DNA of 60,848 nt, the filler included, from Catajapyx aquilonaris (lineage: Eukaryota): NCBI GenBank assembly GCA_000934665.2. It is 2 parts of 2 records of this genome, joined end to end, with 100 filler letters (N's around TTAATTAATTAA, not from the genome) between each part and the next. Parts side by side here need not be neighbours in the genome. Positions count along the whole stretch, not along the records: positions 1 to 30,439 come from KZ539188.1; positions 30,540 to 60,848 come from JYFJ02004655.1. The stretch is one strand, 5' to 3'. Under the pieces are notes generated by a model. The model was not told the origin of the DNA and made no database searches. It saw only the letters and a program-made list of their open reading frames with translations. Each line of letters opens with the position of its first letter. Position 1 is the stretch's first letter. Both the position numbers and the translations under genes were made by a program. Below, piece after piece: positions 24,993-37,704 of this stretch.

Positions 24993-25346
24993 CAGGGGCG
25001 GATCCAGACTTTCGATTTGGGGGGGGGTCATACCGTCATGGTCCTGTCGGACCGTTCTGTACCATACCACAGACTTGGTGGCGTTTGCGAGGCGGGGCGG
25101 GGGCATAAGTCGAAAAGGGCGGGGAGCAAGAGCGCCGCAGGCGAAAATTTTTTGGGGGGTTCAAGGTCACACGAGCTTAGGTGAATGTAGGAGATTTGAA
25201 TGGGTGTGTACAGTATTTGATGAAATTGGTAGCACTTTTTCCCAAAAATCATCCTAATTTGCAGATAAAAATTTAGAAAATATTTCTCTTTCCATGGTTT
25301 GGGGGGGGTCATGACCCCCGTGACCCCCCCCTTGGATCCGCCCCTG
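24993..25346. mobile_element. hAT-type MITE
   Basis: TIR CAGGGGCGGATCCA / TGGATCCGCCCCTG, with perfect 8-bp TSD TGCATAAG. Confidence 0.88.
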
Positions 25347-26519
25347 TGCATAAGTGTCGATAATTGTGAATTGATGAAGCATCGAAGTCTGAAGTGCTTC
25401 CCTGAATTAGTTGGAATTAGCCCACTTGCAATGGATTTCTAGGATCGAGACATTTGGGATCACTCACGTGGTCGTTGGACAAGTCACAAGTGTGACGGGT
25501 TCTCAAGACAATGCACTCCGCCGATCCTGCCCTGGAATTACACAGTAAATTTATCGTTTTTACCCTAACTTGAGTCGTTCTGGTCATTCTTTCAAAGTGG
25601 TAATGAAGACGATTTTGTAACATTATTCTGTCATTGCTCTCAATATTAAACAAATCAATCCTGGACCTTGCAAGCGTTTTCAGTGGCCATTTGAAATATG
25701 AACAAATTTCGCAATTTTAAAATCCGGATGGTCAAAACTCTTATTATTGACAGGATATTCATACTGTCTATCATTCACCTGGCATTATTATCTGATGGAC
25801 TGGCTGAAACAACATGCCGCACCTGTTATTTTACTAGTACGGGCAAAAAAAAAGTTAAGGAACATTACTGTTGGCTTGCTGTTGGATTGATTGGTTGTTT
25901 CAAAGAGGGTAAGGGTATTCTACCTCATACAACCTCATGTTAGCATTTTATGCAAGAACAAGAATAACCCGACTACGGGTTGACCACCACTACTTATAGG
26001 GTTGATCTTCCCTTGCTCGTCTGCGACATTTCCCTATACTACTGTAATAACGGAATTAGAGTGGTATATTTTGCAATTTCAGAACATTATACACACAGTC
26101 ACACAATACTATATGTCCTCAGATGTTGTGTGGGCGTGGGGGGNNNNNGGGGGGGGAACGGGAACGCCCCAAGCGAAAAAGAAAAAAAGAAAAAGAAACG
26201 TCACGCGTCGGCGACGACTCTATAACATTTAGTACCTTCACAAAGCAGTAAAACTAAATCTCAACAGCTCAAATATGATATTATTTCCTACAATACTAGT
26301 GTCCTGTAACAATACCAGAAAACCCAATTAAACAAAATATTTTCAAAGCAACGCAACGGAGGTAGTTTGCGTCGTAGCCGGTGTTACACCGAAATGAAAT
26401 GCCAGAGAGACAGCAATAGCCTGTACTAACTTTCCTCTTAGGTATAGCTATGGAATAATTAACATCACATTATTGGTTAGACGTCGGTGTATAATATTCG
26501 GTTAGGGTTAATTTGAATT

Positions 26520-27452
26520 CATGCCTATATGTGGCCTTTTTTGGGATAGTTTTTGAACTTTTTGAATCAATTTTGGGGCTTTTTGGGCAGCGGACCTATT
26601 CTTTCAGAGGTATGTTTGAATTTTTTGCGGAGTATTTTTTGTCCTCCTGAAAGGACCAAAATCGTTCATAAGTAATACGAATCATGTTGCCGTAACGCGT
26701 ATGCCATATATTTGTCTAAATTTTCCTCTGATCATCAGAGGAAAATGATTACTTAGAAAAATATCTCGCAACATATTGTGCTAGTGGAAACTGTCTATAA
26801 GCGGTAGAGTCCAGAGCAAGTGATACTTGCTTGCAGTTTGTCTTTTGCCTAAGTTTTGTGATTTCCTGTCAGTTTATCGTTGTTATTCGGTTTATGCTCT
26901 GGTTTGTGACGTTATACATATACTTTAGGTCTATGAAATTATTCTAGTTTTTCAAAATTTTATGTAACATTTTATCCTCCATATATGCCCGCAAAAGTAA
27001 TATTTTGGTGCCTATTTTAGGTTTTTTCGTGCCTATTTCGGGGTTTTTTCGTGCCTAAAAATCCGGACTCTATTCATTACAGCAGAGACAGTGTTTGGGC
27101 GAGAAAGGGCGACGATGACAAATAAACTGCTAATTTTTCATTGTTCCATAAGGTATACCAATCGACACAGCAAAAGTGTGTCACCTGACACATATTTGCT
27201 GTGTCGCTTGGTACACCTTATGTGCGTCATCTGACACACAGCGTTTTGTACGGAAAGCGGCACGGATAAGCGTGTCAGTCTGGATGTCACACTTAAACGT
27301 GTCAGACGACACGATTTACCGTGTTACTCCTTGATCACAGAGAAGTGTGCCAGTTAGGATGACACGTTTAAAATGTGTCAACGGACACGTGGCAGTGTGC
27401 CGTTTTCTGCAAAGATTTTGACACGTTTTAGTGTGTCAAAACATTTTGTGTG
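26520..27452 (+). repeat. Direct duplicate of about 23445-24448
   Basis: Collinear similarity that includes the hAT MITE right end, its TSD and the flanking foldback sequence. Confidence 0.88.
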
Positions 27453-28138
27453 TTCCTGAACTGGCCAGTCCGCGGTACACTACAGCCGAAGGCTATATGT
27501 GTGGATGATAATATATATCATCAGGGAACATCCACACATCGGCCTGGTGAAAGAGCGGCAAGAGAGACGGACAAAGAAAAACAAACCTTCATTTTTTTGC
27601 ACAGCCAATACCTGGCCAATACTTCGTTCATTCTAATGTAACTTCATGTGGAGTAGCTAATACTTTGTCAAAGAAATCTCTCTGATGATTTACTTTCTGG
27701 CCGAAACTTAAAGTCATAGTAATTTTAAATAATTTGTAAGGTGGAACATCGTCTGATAGTTATCTGAACTGGGGGCACTTTGACTTTCAGTATCACTGAA
27801 ACACCTTATTTCAATTGAGAGTCGATAATTTCACATGCCATTGTGGAATTATTCAAAGGCGGTGGAAGTGAGTGCATCTTAAATTATTCCAGTGGAGCAC
27901 TTTACGAAGTCATATCGGTATATACCTACCAGTGTGGGCACACCTTATCAGTTTCACTCAATTGTCAGTTTCTCTCACGCGTATAGTGGCGAGGTTGATT
28001 ACATGTCGTATTATAGGGCTATACAAATACTAAGGATCTAGTATTTGTATAGCCCTATAATACGACAGTAAACTGCAAAAAAAAATGGGTGTGTATGTGT
28101 CCCCCAATACAGACGTACGCCTGAGCACGGGGTATGAA

Positions 28139-28145
28139 AATAAAA

Positions 28146-28192
<47 letters not shown>
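28139..28192. repeat. (AAAT)n microsatellite
   Basis: Directly visible. Confidence 0.9.
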
Positions 28193-28193
<1 letters not shown>

Positions 28194-30200
28194 ACTAGAT
28201 AAGCCACTTCAAGAATGAACAACTCAACAATGTACCCTACTGTACGACTGTAATTATCCAAAAATGATTTCACAACCTACACTTTAGTTCAGTTTTCACT
28301 TACATAAGTGAAAAAAGCGCTTTTACCCCTCTCATTTCCGCTTAAATGGGGGGGGGGGGGGGGGGGGTTACAACAGATTGNATTGTTTAAGATAATATAT
28401 AAGTGACGCTAGTACAAGTATTTTTCTATTTTTTAATCTTTAAAAATGGAGGACAACTTTAAATAAAACAGGCGTCTTTTATTGACCACAACGGGAGAAA
28501 ATATTACGGCCGCATAAAACCGGTTGACTGAGCTAGTTCTTTGTAGGCTCCAGTTTTCTTATCTACCCTTCCTCCAGGTTTGACCTTCTGGCAATTTCTG
28601 CACTTTCCCCCACCTCAAATTCGTCAAGGACTCAAGGTCCCAAAGCTGTCATTTGTTCCCCGGCCATACAAGCAGGAAGAACGCACCCGAAGATGTCCCC
28701 TCGTCTAGAGGAGAGAGGTTATCACTTATCATTATTTTGCTGCTTGGACTCGGAAGTTGAACGTTGTGTCGTTGTGTCTGAGAAAGGGGTGAATACAGGG
28801 TGAATTACAAGTAGGAAAGTGTCATTCTCCAATTTCGCTGCCTTACCGACATCGCGGTATTCGACGACCACTTTCATCGCAGCAGGCTACAGGAGGATGA
28901 CTGCTTGTGAGTGTGTCTAGTACAGTATTATCATGTCAGACCTGTTCAAACGCATGATTAACTAACTGCACTTATTAGTATTTCCAGTCGGGACAAATGA
29001 CGCTAAATCGCTAATCTACAATATTAATGTAACTACTCTCTGTTAAATGGGTGATTCTAATATTAAATATGCACGGATTTCATACCAGTTGACAGCATAT
29101 TTTTATCGGGCAGGGTTTTTGAGTGCTGTGCTTTTTGTACGTATAGCCTCCTGAGACCCGAGAAGAATTTTTAACCCCCCATGTCAGTTCCTATTGCATT
29201 TTCTGAACATTTTCCCAATAAGAAACGAGAAAAAAAATGTTTTAAAATATTGACAAAAATAATGACAAACAACCAATGACAACATTAGGACCCAATTTCT
29301 GCTACAAAAGTAGAACGGATGAAAGCTGAAAATTTAAATACCACTTAATGGATCACGAACATAATTATATACCGGTAGTGCTCTATCCTCAAAACCATGT
29401 TTTAAAAATTCATTTGTGGAATTCGTGGTAGCAATTCCTCTCAGAAGACAATCAAAGATAAATGAAACTATTTTTGAATGCCACCACTCCAGGAAAGGGG
29501 CTTTCTCGACTTCACTTCGTACCCCATAGCATGCTGGTACCTCGCTATTCTAGATTTTAAAACTGAGCTGTATAGTACAAATCATACTTCCTTATGGGTG
29601 TATAGGTACTGTACAGGCACTTAAAGAAAAGTCACAGCCCATTCAGCTAAAAATCTTTTTTTCGGATGTCCATTTCAATGGGCATTTGGTCTCAGGAAGA
29701 TAGAAAATTACCAGTTCTCTACAGCAACAAAGATTGTCCCAGACACATCTTTTCGTATTTCCTAACACACATTCCTTGTGAATCCCAGGACATTCTGCAT
29801 TGACGAAAATCGCACTCTAAATATGAGGGAAAAAATAAAACTTATCAGATGAGCGCCTATCTTCAGCAGCTCGGCATCCGCCATTTTCATGAGTGATTTA
29901 ACCCTTTGATGGTTGCCATCAAAGGGTTAAACCACTCATGAAAATGGCGGATGATGTCCTAGCTTACATTGCTGGAGGGCCTACGGACATCATATGATGT
30001 CCTGAGATTTGCCCTGCCAACTTGGGTCATTTTTCAACTCAAAAAATTTCAACCTCACCGATTTTCTTGAAATTCGGTGCATTGGTAGCCCACACCAAGG
30101 GATGACAAACCCACCTATAGTTCCCTGCTCGACATGACCCTGTGATCCATATTGGAGGGGGATATATGTCAATGCACCGAATATAAAGAAAATCGGTGAG

Positions 30201-30439
30201 TAGGGCTGTGCAATATCCGAAATTGCATATCGACTTTCGATACTCAAAAAATATCGAATCGAAGTAGATATATCGAAAATCGAAAAACCGACATCGAAAA
30301 ATATCACAAACCGACATCGAACCGACATCAAAAATATCGCAAAATATCGCAAACCGACATCGCAAAATATCGCGATGTCGGTTTGCGATATTTTGCGATG
30401 TCGGTTTGCGATATTTTGCGATGTGCGACATTTTGCGAT
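30201..30439. mobile_element. hAT-like element end with (ATATCG/CGACATCG) subterminal repeats, running into an assembly gap
   Basis: TAGGGCTGTGCAATATC start, then tandem and inverted CGAT repeats. Confidence 0.6.
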
Positions 30440-30539
30440 NNNNNNNNNNNNNNNNNNNNNNNNNNNNNNNNNNNNNNNNNNNNTTAATTAATTAANNNNN
30501 NNNNNNNNNNNNNNNNNNNNNNNNNNNNNNNNNNNNNNN
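30440..30539. other. Assembly gap with TTAATTAATTAA spacer
   Basis: N run containing the six-frame-stop linker at 30484-30495. Confidence 0.85.
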
Positions 30540-30676
30540 CACGTGGTATATGGACGACCCCTTAATGGAACCCCCGCTTTATTGGGCCGAAATGCCATGG
30601 CCCCGATGTGGTCCAAATAAGCGGGTCCCACTGTAGCCTACACAAATTCTTTGAACTTCAAATGACTACTGTAGGT

Positions 30677-30826
30677 ACAGTGCTGGACATTAATGGTGAA
30701 GTACTGCTGGCAACAAAAGAGCAAATCGACCCGATGTATTAGTTGCTAATAATCACTTCGATTTGCTCTTTTTCCGCCAGGGGCTTGTGGTACACCAGTA
30801 CTTCACCATTAATGTCCAGCCCTGTG
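30677..30826. mobile_element. Small hairpin MITE
   Basis: Arms CAGTGCTGGACATTAATGGTGAAGTACTG / CAGTACTTCACCATTAATGTCCAGCCCTG. Confidence 0.7.
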
Positions 30827-32088
30827 CATAGGCCCTGCGGCAGGAAATGCGACAAAGTCAGGTACGCTTCTGTGCCCGTATGTCCACAATTTTAATGCAG
30901 TCATATCGAGTATGGTACCATTGTAAAGGCCGAACCGCTGCGCAGGGCACCTTGTTCGTGATTTTTTTTAATTAACATAGCGTTTCGCCACAAAAAAATA
31001 AAGTTCCCCCCAAAATGCGCCTACCGTATTTTTGCTATTGCGCCACCTTAACCTTCACTTGTCGCTATAGGCGAACGATAGCTCCGTATTGGAAAACAAT
31101 GGTATGGATATTGTCGAGAGGCTCTTATAAAATGCGTGTAACCTTTAAATTTCATTACTGAAGTGTCGGAAGGCCCTGAACATCAAGGTTGATTAAAGTT
31201 TTGCAAGCACAAGAATATGAGTGTAATGCCAAGATAAAACTGGCATACAAAAATAGTCCTACATTATCATGGAATGAATTTTCTCATTAGTAGAGGGAAA
31301 TGTGGAGAATAAAAGATACCGGAAATTGTTTGCGTATACTGGCGTGTTTCGTCACAACAGCCTATTAATTTTGTCAAGAACCTCTCTACAGTGTCACATC
31401 ACTCACTGTCAGTGACTCGATCGGATGGCCAGTCCAAGATGGAATTAATTCCTATGCGTACAATGTGATTCCTGCATCAAACTTCCCCATCTACAAATTT
31501 GTAAACAAATATGTCGGTGATTCACGGTGCGAACAACACACATTCTGTCCTTGAACTTGGGCTTGCTGCTAGTTACTGAGTTAGTCACTTGGATTTGAGT
31601 GAACACCTCTTCCTCTCTCGTAATCTATTGGAACAGGCTTAAACATCTGCAATTCACATTTAAATTCAATATCGCCACTCGCAAGAAGTTGTATCATTTT
31701 TTCTGGAGCTTTCTCGATTCTGTCCCACTGTGCGCTGCGTCCGTGGTTTACGGACACTCACTTTGTGAATATTTTTGCAAAGAATCTATATATCGTAAAT
31801 GAATGCGGTTTTTGGCATTCACAAGCAAAACCAGTGGCATTCACCACAAAAAGGACATGCTCAAATGCTTTGTCTGACTTTTTCGTATGACGTCATCTTC
31901 CTGTGACTGTATTGGAAAAGGTTCTATGCGCAATGATAGAGATTGTATGAAGCTTAGCTCAATTCTGGGAATTTAGCAATTAGATCGGTTTCTAAGCCAT
32001 ATTTTGCACAGAATCGTTCTTTGTACCTGTAAACTTCACCACTACGTTTCTCCTAATCCGTGAGTAGCCGCATAGAAATAGTTATAGC

Positions 32089-33450
32089 CAGAGAACGAAT
32101 TTCTAGGTTCTTAAAAACCCTCAAATAGGTAGGCATTTAGGTCCTGAAAACAGCTAAAATAGGCTCTTAAATACGAACTAAAAATCAAGCAGGTCCTAAT
32201 TTATTTTCAGTCCCATGCAAATGCTTGCCTACTCTTGGCCATGTAATTTGGCAACAGAGTAACAAATGACTATTACCTCATATGAAGCGGCATGCCGCAA
32301 TAACCGAGGTAGATTTCCTTAATTTTGATCCTTGTCATATTTTAATGGAATGCTTACTAGTACCGTACTGAAATTATGTTACTATGAAAATGGGCGAGAC
32401 GAGTGTACAGGCTGTGAGAATATGAAAGTTCTGTTGCACAGTGCATATAAAAAATGTAGATTGTGTGACCAATCCCATCGTCAGCCTGCTTTTAAACAGA
32501 TATTATTACCAAACACTGCAATTGAAAACAAAATATTTGGAAAATGTGCCTTTTCGATAACCATTACGTGAATCCCAATTTTCAGGCAAATGTCAAGTTC
32601 GCAAAGGATAAGGGGGTTCATACTAGCTGATGGTAGCACACAAAACGAATGAAACGGTATAGTAGACCAATCAGAGCGGATGACGGGAGGTGATGTGAAT
32701 TACAAAACGAAATATACGAAAAGAATCAACTTTTTACGGTAGTCCAGTCTGTTGCTTTCGTATCCACCAATGGGGAGGCAGGAAACCCGGCCAGGGTGGT
32801 GACTGGCGAGTGGGGGCAGCGCCTTTGACGGAGGCAGAAGAAGGACCCCGCTGCTTTCCTGCCTTTCCCATGCGGGGAAACGGAAGGGAAGGTCGGAAAC
32901 TCAGATTGGTCCACGGTACCGTTTTGTTCGTTTCTTATGCTACCGTCAGCTAATGTGAACCCAGCTTAATGTAATTTATGTGAAAACCTCGCCTTATACC
33001 AGCATGCTGGTATAGGGCGAGGTATGCCCATATTGTGCATTTCTAAAAACTGGTCTACCTTGGCTACACCAGCATGCCGCTTTATGTGCGGTAATACGGT
33101 AGCAGTTGTTCCATATTTTAGTTTTTTATTATTATTATTTGTCGGAGATGCCTGTGTGACAGTACAACTTTATACGCTGAAAATGACCTTTCAACGTCAC
33201 ACAAAGCAACTGGATCATTCTTGAAATGTTAAATGTCTTCTACAGACAGTCCATCCAGCTTGTCTATTGGCTACAGCTTCTACGCCATTCACAGGTTTAA
33301 GTGGGAGGAAAGACTTGAACAGAAAACACGTAAAAATACTAAAATCAGCTGAAAATGTTACGAAAAAGCGCCAAAAAGGCGTAAGTAGGTGAAAATAGGC
33401 ACAAATAGGCCATTAGGTCCCAACATCCGAAATTAGAAATCCGTTCTTTG
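32089..33450. mobile_element. hAT-type non-autonomous element containing a nested MITE (about 32612-32965)
   Basis: TIR CAGAGAACGAATTTCTA / TAGAAATCCGTTCTTTG, TSD GTTATAGC/GTTATAAC (7/8). Inner arms GGGTTCATACTAGCTGATGGTAGCA / TGCTACCGTCAGCTAATGTGAACCC. Confidence 0.7.
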
Positions 33451-33477
33451 GTTATAACTGTTATGCTACGCACAGAC

Positions 33478-33679
33478 CAGTGGTTTCCAACCTTTTACCA
33501 ACTGCGACCCCCTAAACATGTTTCCATAAATGTGCGCAACCCCCCCCCCTTCCTCCCCTCCCACGACTGCCCCTTTCCAGAAAACACACTCTGTACGGCT
33601 GCAAAAATGGTTCCATTGACAGAAATTGCAAAAATAAAAGTTGAACCAAGGCTCATGACCCACCAGTTGGAAACCACTG
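33478..33679. mobile_element. hAT-type MITE
   Basis: TIR CAGTGGTTTCCAAC / GTTGGAAACCACTG; TSD degenerate. Confidence 0.7.
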
Positions 33680-33958
33680 GCTTCGACTATGGGAGCGGTG
33701 CAGTAGATCTGGCTGGAGCGGCCTATCAATGCAGTTTGAATGATATAGGCGGCATGGGGCTAACATGTCACGTTGGTGAGATATGAATTTTTTAAACCTA
33801 CAATTACGTCATACATTAGTCTGGGGGAGTAGCGGCGGAAACTTTTGTTACACCCTGTATCTCTATTAATTACAGGAATAAGTGTTCCAAAGGTTATGGA
33901 CAACAAGACCGTCAGTCAGACCATATAATAAAACTCAGTATTACAAGTTCAGGTAATA

Positions 33959-34374
33959 CAGTGAAGCATCGATTATCCGAAACAATCGGGGACTGTGGGT
34001 GTTTGGAAAACTGATTTTTCAGATCGTTTACGGATCATTTCGATCATTTACGGAAAAAAATTGTACCGCTGTCATAGGAGCAATATGAAACAAAGAAACA
34101 GTGATATTAAACACAAAACTATATATTTTGTATCACAGTCACATCTTAAAAATACATATACCTTACATAAAGTAGTATACAGTACACTAAATACATTAAA
34201 GTAGGCCTACAGTTTACGAAAAGAAGTCCAATACATGTATTTTCTTTTGCTGACGAGCTCAGGCTCGTTGTTTTGGCGCTAAATCTCGCTCGCATATTTG
34301 AATTTGCCGACTCCATCGCTTTCGGTTAACCCATGCTTCGATGGATCGGTATTCGGATAATCAATGCTGCACTG
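33959..34374. mobile_element. pogo/Tigger-like MITE
   Basis: TA|CAGTGAAGCATCGATTATCCGAA ... TTCGGATAATCAATGCTGCACTG|TA. Confidence 0.8.
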
Positions 34375-34481
34375 TATGCTGCTGATTTGTGACAAGAGTG
34401 CAAACTTAAATTCGCTCTCCTGAAAAATTACACTCTTGTGGGTTATCACCTTTTCCCACCACACCCCTCAAATCAACTACA

Positions 34482-34835
34482 TTTACATGGGACTAAAAAT
34501 CAGTCTAGCTAAGGCCACCTAAGCAAGGCGAACCGGTTTACTGCCATGTAGCAGCAAGGCCTATGTTGGACAGGCTTGAACTGAGCCTGTAGTGGGCTCA
34601 GCTCAAGCCTTTTGGATTGAGTGGTTTACGCTAGGCCGTTGGTGTTGACTGGACGAGGGGACAGCCCAAGAAAGAAGTCTTGCTTCTAAGTAGGCTACCT
34701 TTCCAGCAATTCCGTGTGGGCCTCAGGGCTCTGAGAGTCAATCCCACGTAGTAGTGACATAAGTGGGAGCGGGCTTCGAGAATACCGGCCTTGCTTAGGG
34801 GGCCTGGACCTGGCCGATTTTTAGTCCCATGTAAA
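34482..34835. mobile_element. MITE with about 45-bp TIRs (Harbinger-like)
   Basis: TTTACATGGGACTAAAAATC..CCTAAGCAAGG / CCTTGCTTAGG..GATTTTTAGTCCCATGTAAA. Confidence 0.7.
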
Positions 34836-34871
34836 CCTGGTCCCTGACTCTCGAATGGTCTGTCATTCCAT

Positions 34872-35025
34872 TGCTAATGTACGGAAAACGAGAGAACGAT
34901 CTGACGTCATCGTTTCTTCCATTGTTGTTTTTTGTTGACACTGTTTACTCATGTTGTTCTGTGGGGATATTTCCATGGAAACCTTTATGACGTCAGATCG
35001 TTCTCTCATTTTCCGTACACTAGCG
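34872..35025. mobile_element. Small MITE carrying two TGACGTCA sites
   Basis: Arms TGTACGGAAAACGAGAGAACGATCTGACGTCAT / ATGACGTCAGATCGTTCTCTCATTTTCCGTACA. Sister at about 50352-50495. Confidence 0.8.
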
Positions 35026-36732
35026 GTGTCATTGTTTATTTGTAACCAGGCCTACAAGGAATTGTGATCAGGACTCTTTCATCCATAGATTAGTCTTGGA
35101 ATTGTTTCGTGTGGGTGAGGCATGAACACTGTTGCACCATTGCTGGTTACCATTGCCACTGTTGCCCAAAAATTAATAACAATGGTAACTTTGGGGTTTC
35201 AAGCAAAACCGGTGATGGTGCAACCCAATCTTAGTAATCCAAAGATCATGCAAGTCAATCTGGCTGGCCAAATTCATGCCAAAATATTCATCCGCCTTAA
35301 CAAATTTGCTCGTCAACTGGGTAACAGTAGTTAAAAATTGTACCTGCCAGTCGGGCACTTTCCAGAGACATACCCCCGCACTACGGTACATTTCAACCTG
35401 ATTACCAACCTATTTTAGGAAGCGGGGGTTCCGACGACGGCATCCCCGTCCCGCCAGACTTTACTTTCCACGTTGAAGGTTGAGCCATGATCACCTACAA
35501 GGCGTCGACAGGATCCTTCGGTCTGGCCTAGTGGCCTTTAGCCCACTACATCACCAGGACCACCAGGACTCGACATCGTGCCCTCGACAGGGAGGCGTAC
35601 GGCGCGTACCTCCTACCTCGGCTCCCCTCCAATCCAACATGGCTGCGGCATACATAGGCAGGCAGCGAGGGGCGAGGGGAGGAGGCAGGAGGGCAGGAGG
35701 CGGCATTTGGCGGGAGGAAATATCACTCTCACATCGCGCTGCTTTTTTAAAAAATGCGATAGGCTATTTCATAATTGCTGCTAATTATCGACTCGAAGCA
35801 GGGCCTTTTAAAAGTATTGTTAAATTAACTGTTGCTGAAAATACCCTGATTGAAGTCACGTGAGGGTAACCCTGGGTAAGGATGACGTCACAAGTCTGAC
35901 GAATTCAAACTGGGATGGCGATTATTTAAAGTTTAGACCATGGGTTTAGAGTCTTTAGACACACTTTGAAATGAACTAGAAATTTGACAAACAAACGTCC
36001 GAAATCATACTTTGTCGAATTTTGAGCGTCACAAGAGAGAATGTGTGTGGGCAATGCAGGAAAAGCCTATATCGCTAATAGTTCACTTGGTTCACTTATA
36101 GACTCATACTGTGTAACACCACCTGAAATACAAAAATGGGCACAGTGAACACTGAAAAGGAACTCAAACCAAATCCTAATACGAGTTCCAGAACATAATA
36201 AAACTACTCTAAGACCTCCCAGGGGCTCGCATAGGAAAATCACAATTATTCTGCGCTTACAGTATGCATTTGAAACTCATGGGTATATTACTGTCGTAAA
36301 AATGGTGAATTATTATCACATATTATTGTCAATCCCTCAACAGCCTCAAGAGTCCAATCCCAGCATCATCGACAGACAGCCCAGACAATTTCACTCTTCA
36401 TTTGCACATTACAAAAATTGGCATGTACATATGCTTATCGCGGCACCCATCAAGCATCAATAATGATCAACAGTCTGAAGAAATAATTGTAACACTGATA
36501 TACTGTATGTAATAAGCACGGTAATAAGTCAACAAGAAAAAAAGAAGCAGCGAAAGAAAACAAAATGAAGCCAGAGCAGCAGAGCCAAGGACCCAATAAT
36601 GTCACATTATTATTGAAATTTGTTATTGTACAAAACATAAGTCTTGTGCAACGCACAATAAGGTAAGGTATGCTGTACAATGATAGTGAGAACAGCAATA
36701 TTGATCATACCAACCGGTGTATAATTGAGTAA

Positions 36733-37025
36733 TAATAATTTACCCCGTGATAGAGCCATTGGCTCCCTTAGGGGGGGAGTTCATCCCAATTTTTTTGTCA
36801 GGAACTCTTTGCTTTTTTACTTTTTGCTTCACTTTTTGGGAAGGGATAGGGATGGAAGGAAGCGGCTGTGGCCTGTTAATTACGGAAACAGCTCCGGAAT
36901 TTTCCTGGAGGGACCGTGGGAAACCACAGAAAACCACGGTCAGAGTTGCCGGTCCCGGGATTTGATCCCCGGACCTCCCGATTAGCAGTCGGACACCATA
37001 TCCCCTTACCTACTGCTGCTTCGGT
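36733..37025 (-). mobile_element. tRNA-derived SINE
   Basis: 16-bp TSD GTGTATAATTGAGTAA (36717-36732 and 37026-37041), B-box-like GGATCAAATCC, and a body resembling the widespread insect GTGGTTTCCC..CTCCAGG..AAT.CCGG SINE domain. Confidence 0.82.
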
Positions 37026-37273
37026 GTGTATAATTGAGTAAAGACTAAAGAGTGAGGATTTCAGCATCATTTTCTGATGATTTTCTCTCTTTTTAACCTC
37101 CTTGGAGCATTTTCAATAGCCAAACGATGTTGTGAGAAGTAAGGTAAACTTTCATTTGTGTGCATTACAATTAAATAAAGCATCAGCCTTCGGTTAATAT
37201 TGGGTACGGAAAGTTGGGGCAAGTGCGGCTGGATTTTGATTAGGTACAGTTTAAAATGCATGCTACTTCTTAA

Positions 37274-37704
37274 AGGGACACTCCACTCAAAACCCAAGTT
37301 TGTCTCTAAAATTCGGGCAAAAAATCATGAATCCGAAGGTGCAACCTGTTTTTCGCTACGCGGAACGGTAATCCCAGGGTGAGGGGTCAAAGTGGGGGAA
37401 ATTCAAATAGTGCGCTAGAAGCTGGCCGTCCGCCAGCGACGCCCTTGGGACCTTGCTGGGAACTGGAGGGCTGCTCCCGCCTGCCCGCGCGCTTAGGCCC
37501 ATCCCAGAACGGTGCAGCCGTCCAGTTCCCCTGTTCCCCGCGTGGCGGCGCCGCTCATTAGCAGACGACACACTTTGACACCTCGCCCTGGGATTACCGT
37601 TCCGGGTAGCGAAAAACGAATTGCACCGTCGGATTCATGATTTTTTGCCCGATTTTTAGAGCCAAACTTGTTTCTTTTGTTGTTTTTTTCAGTGGAGTGT
37701 CCCT
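37274..37704. mobile_element. Kolobok-type MITE (second copy)
   Basis: TTAA TSD at both ends; TIRs match 18813-19319. Confidence 0.88.

Noticed and set aside
28578..28803. Strong-looking acceptor followed by an open frame
   Set aside because: No recognisable protein and no partner exons.
30484..30495. TTAATTAATTAA inside the N run
   Set aside because: Typical artificial six-frame-stop scaffold spacer, not biology.
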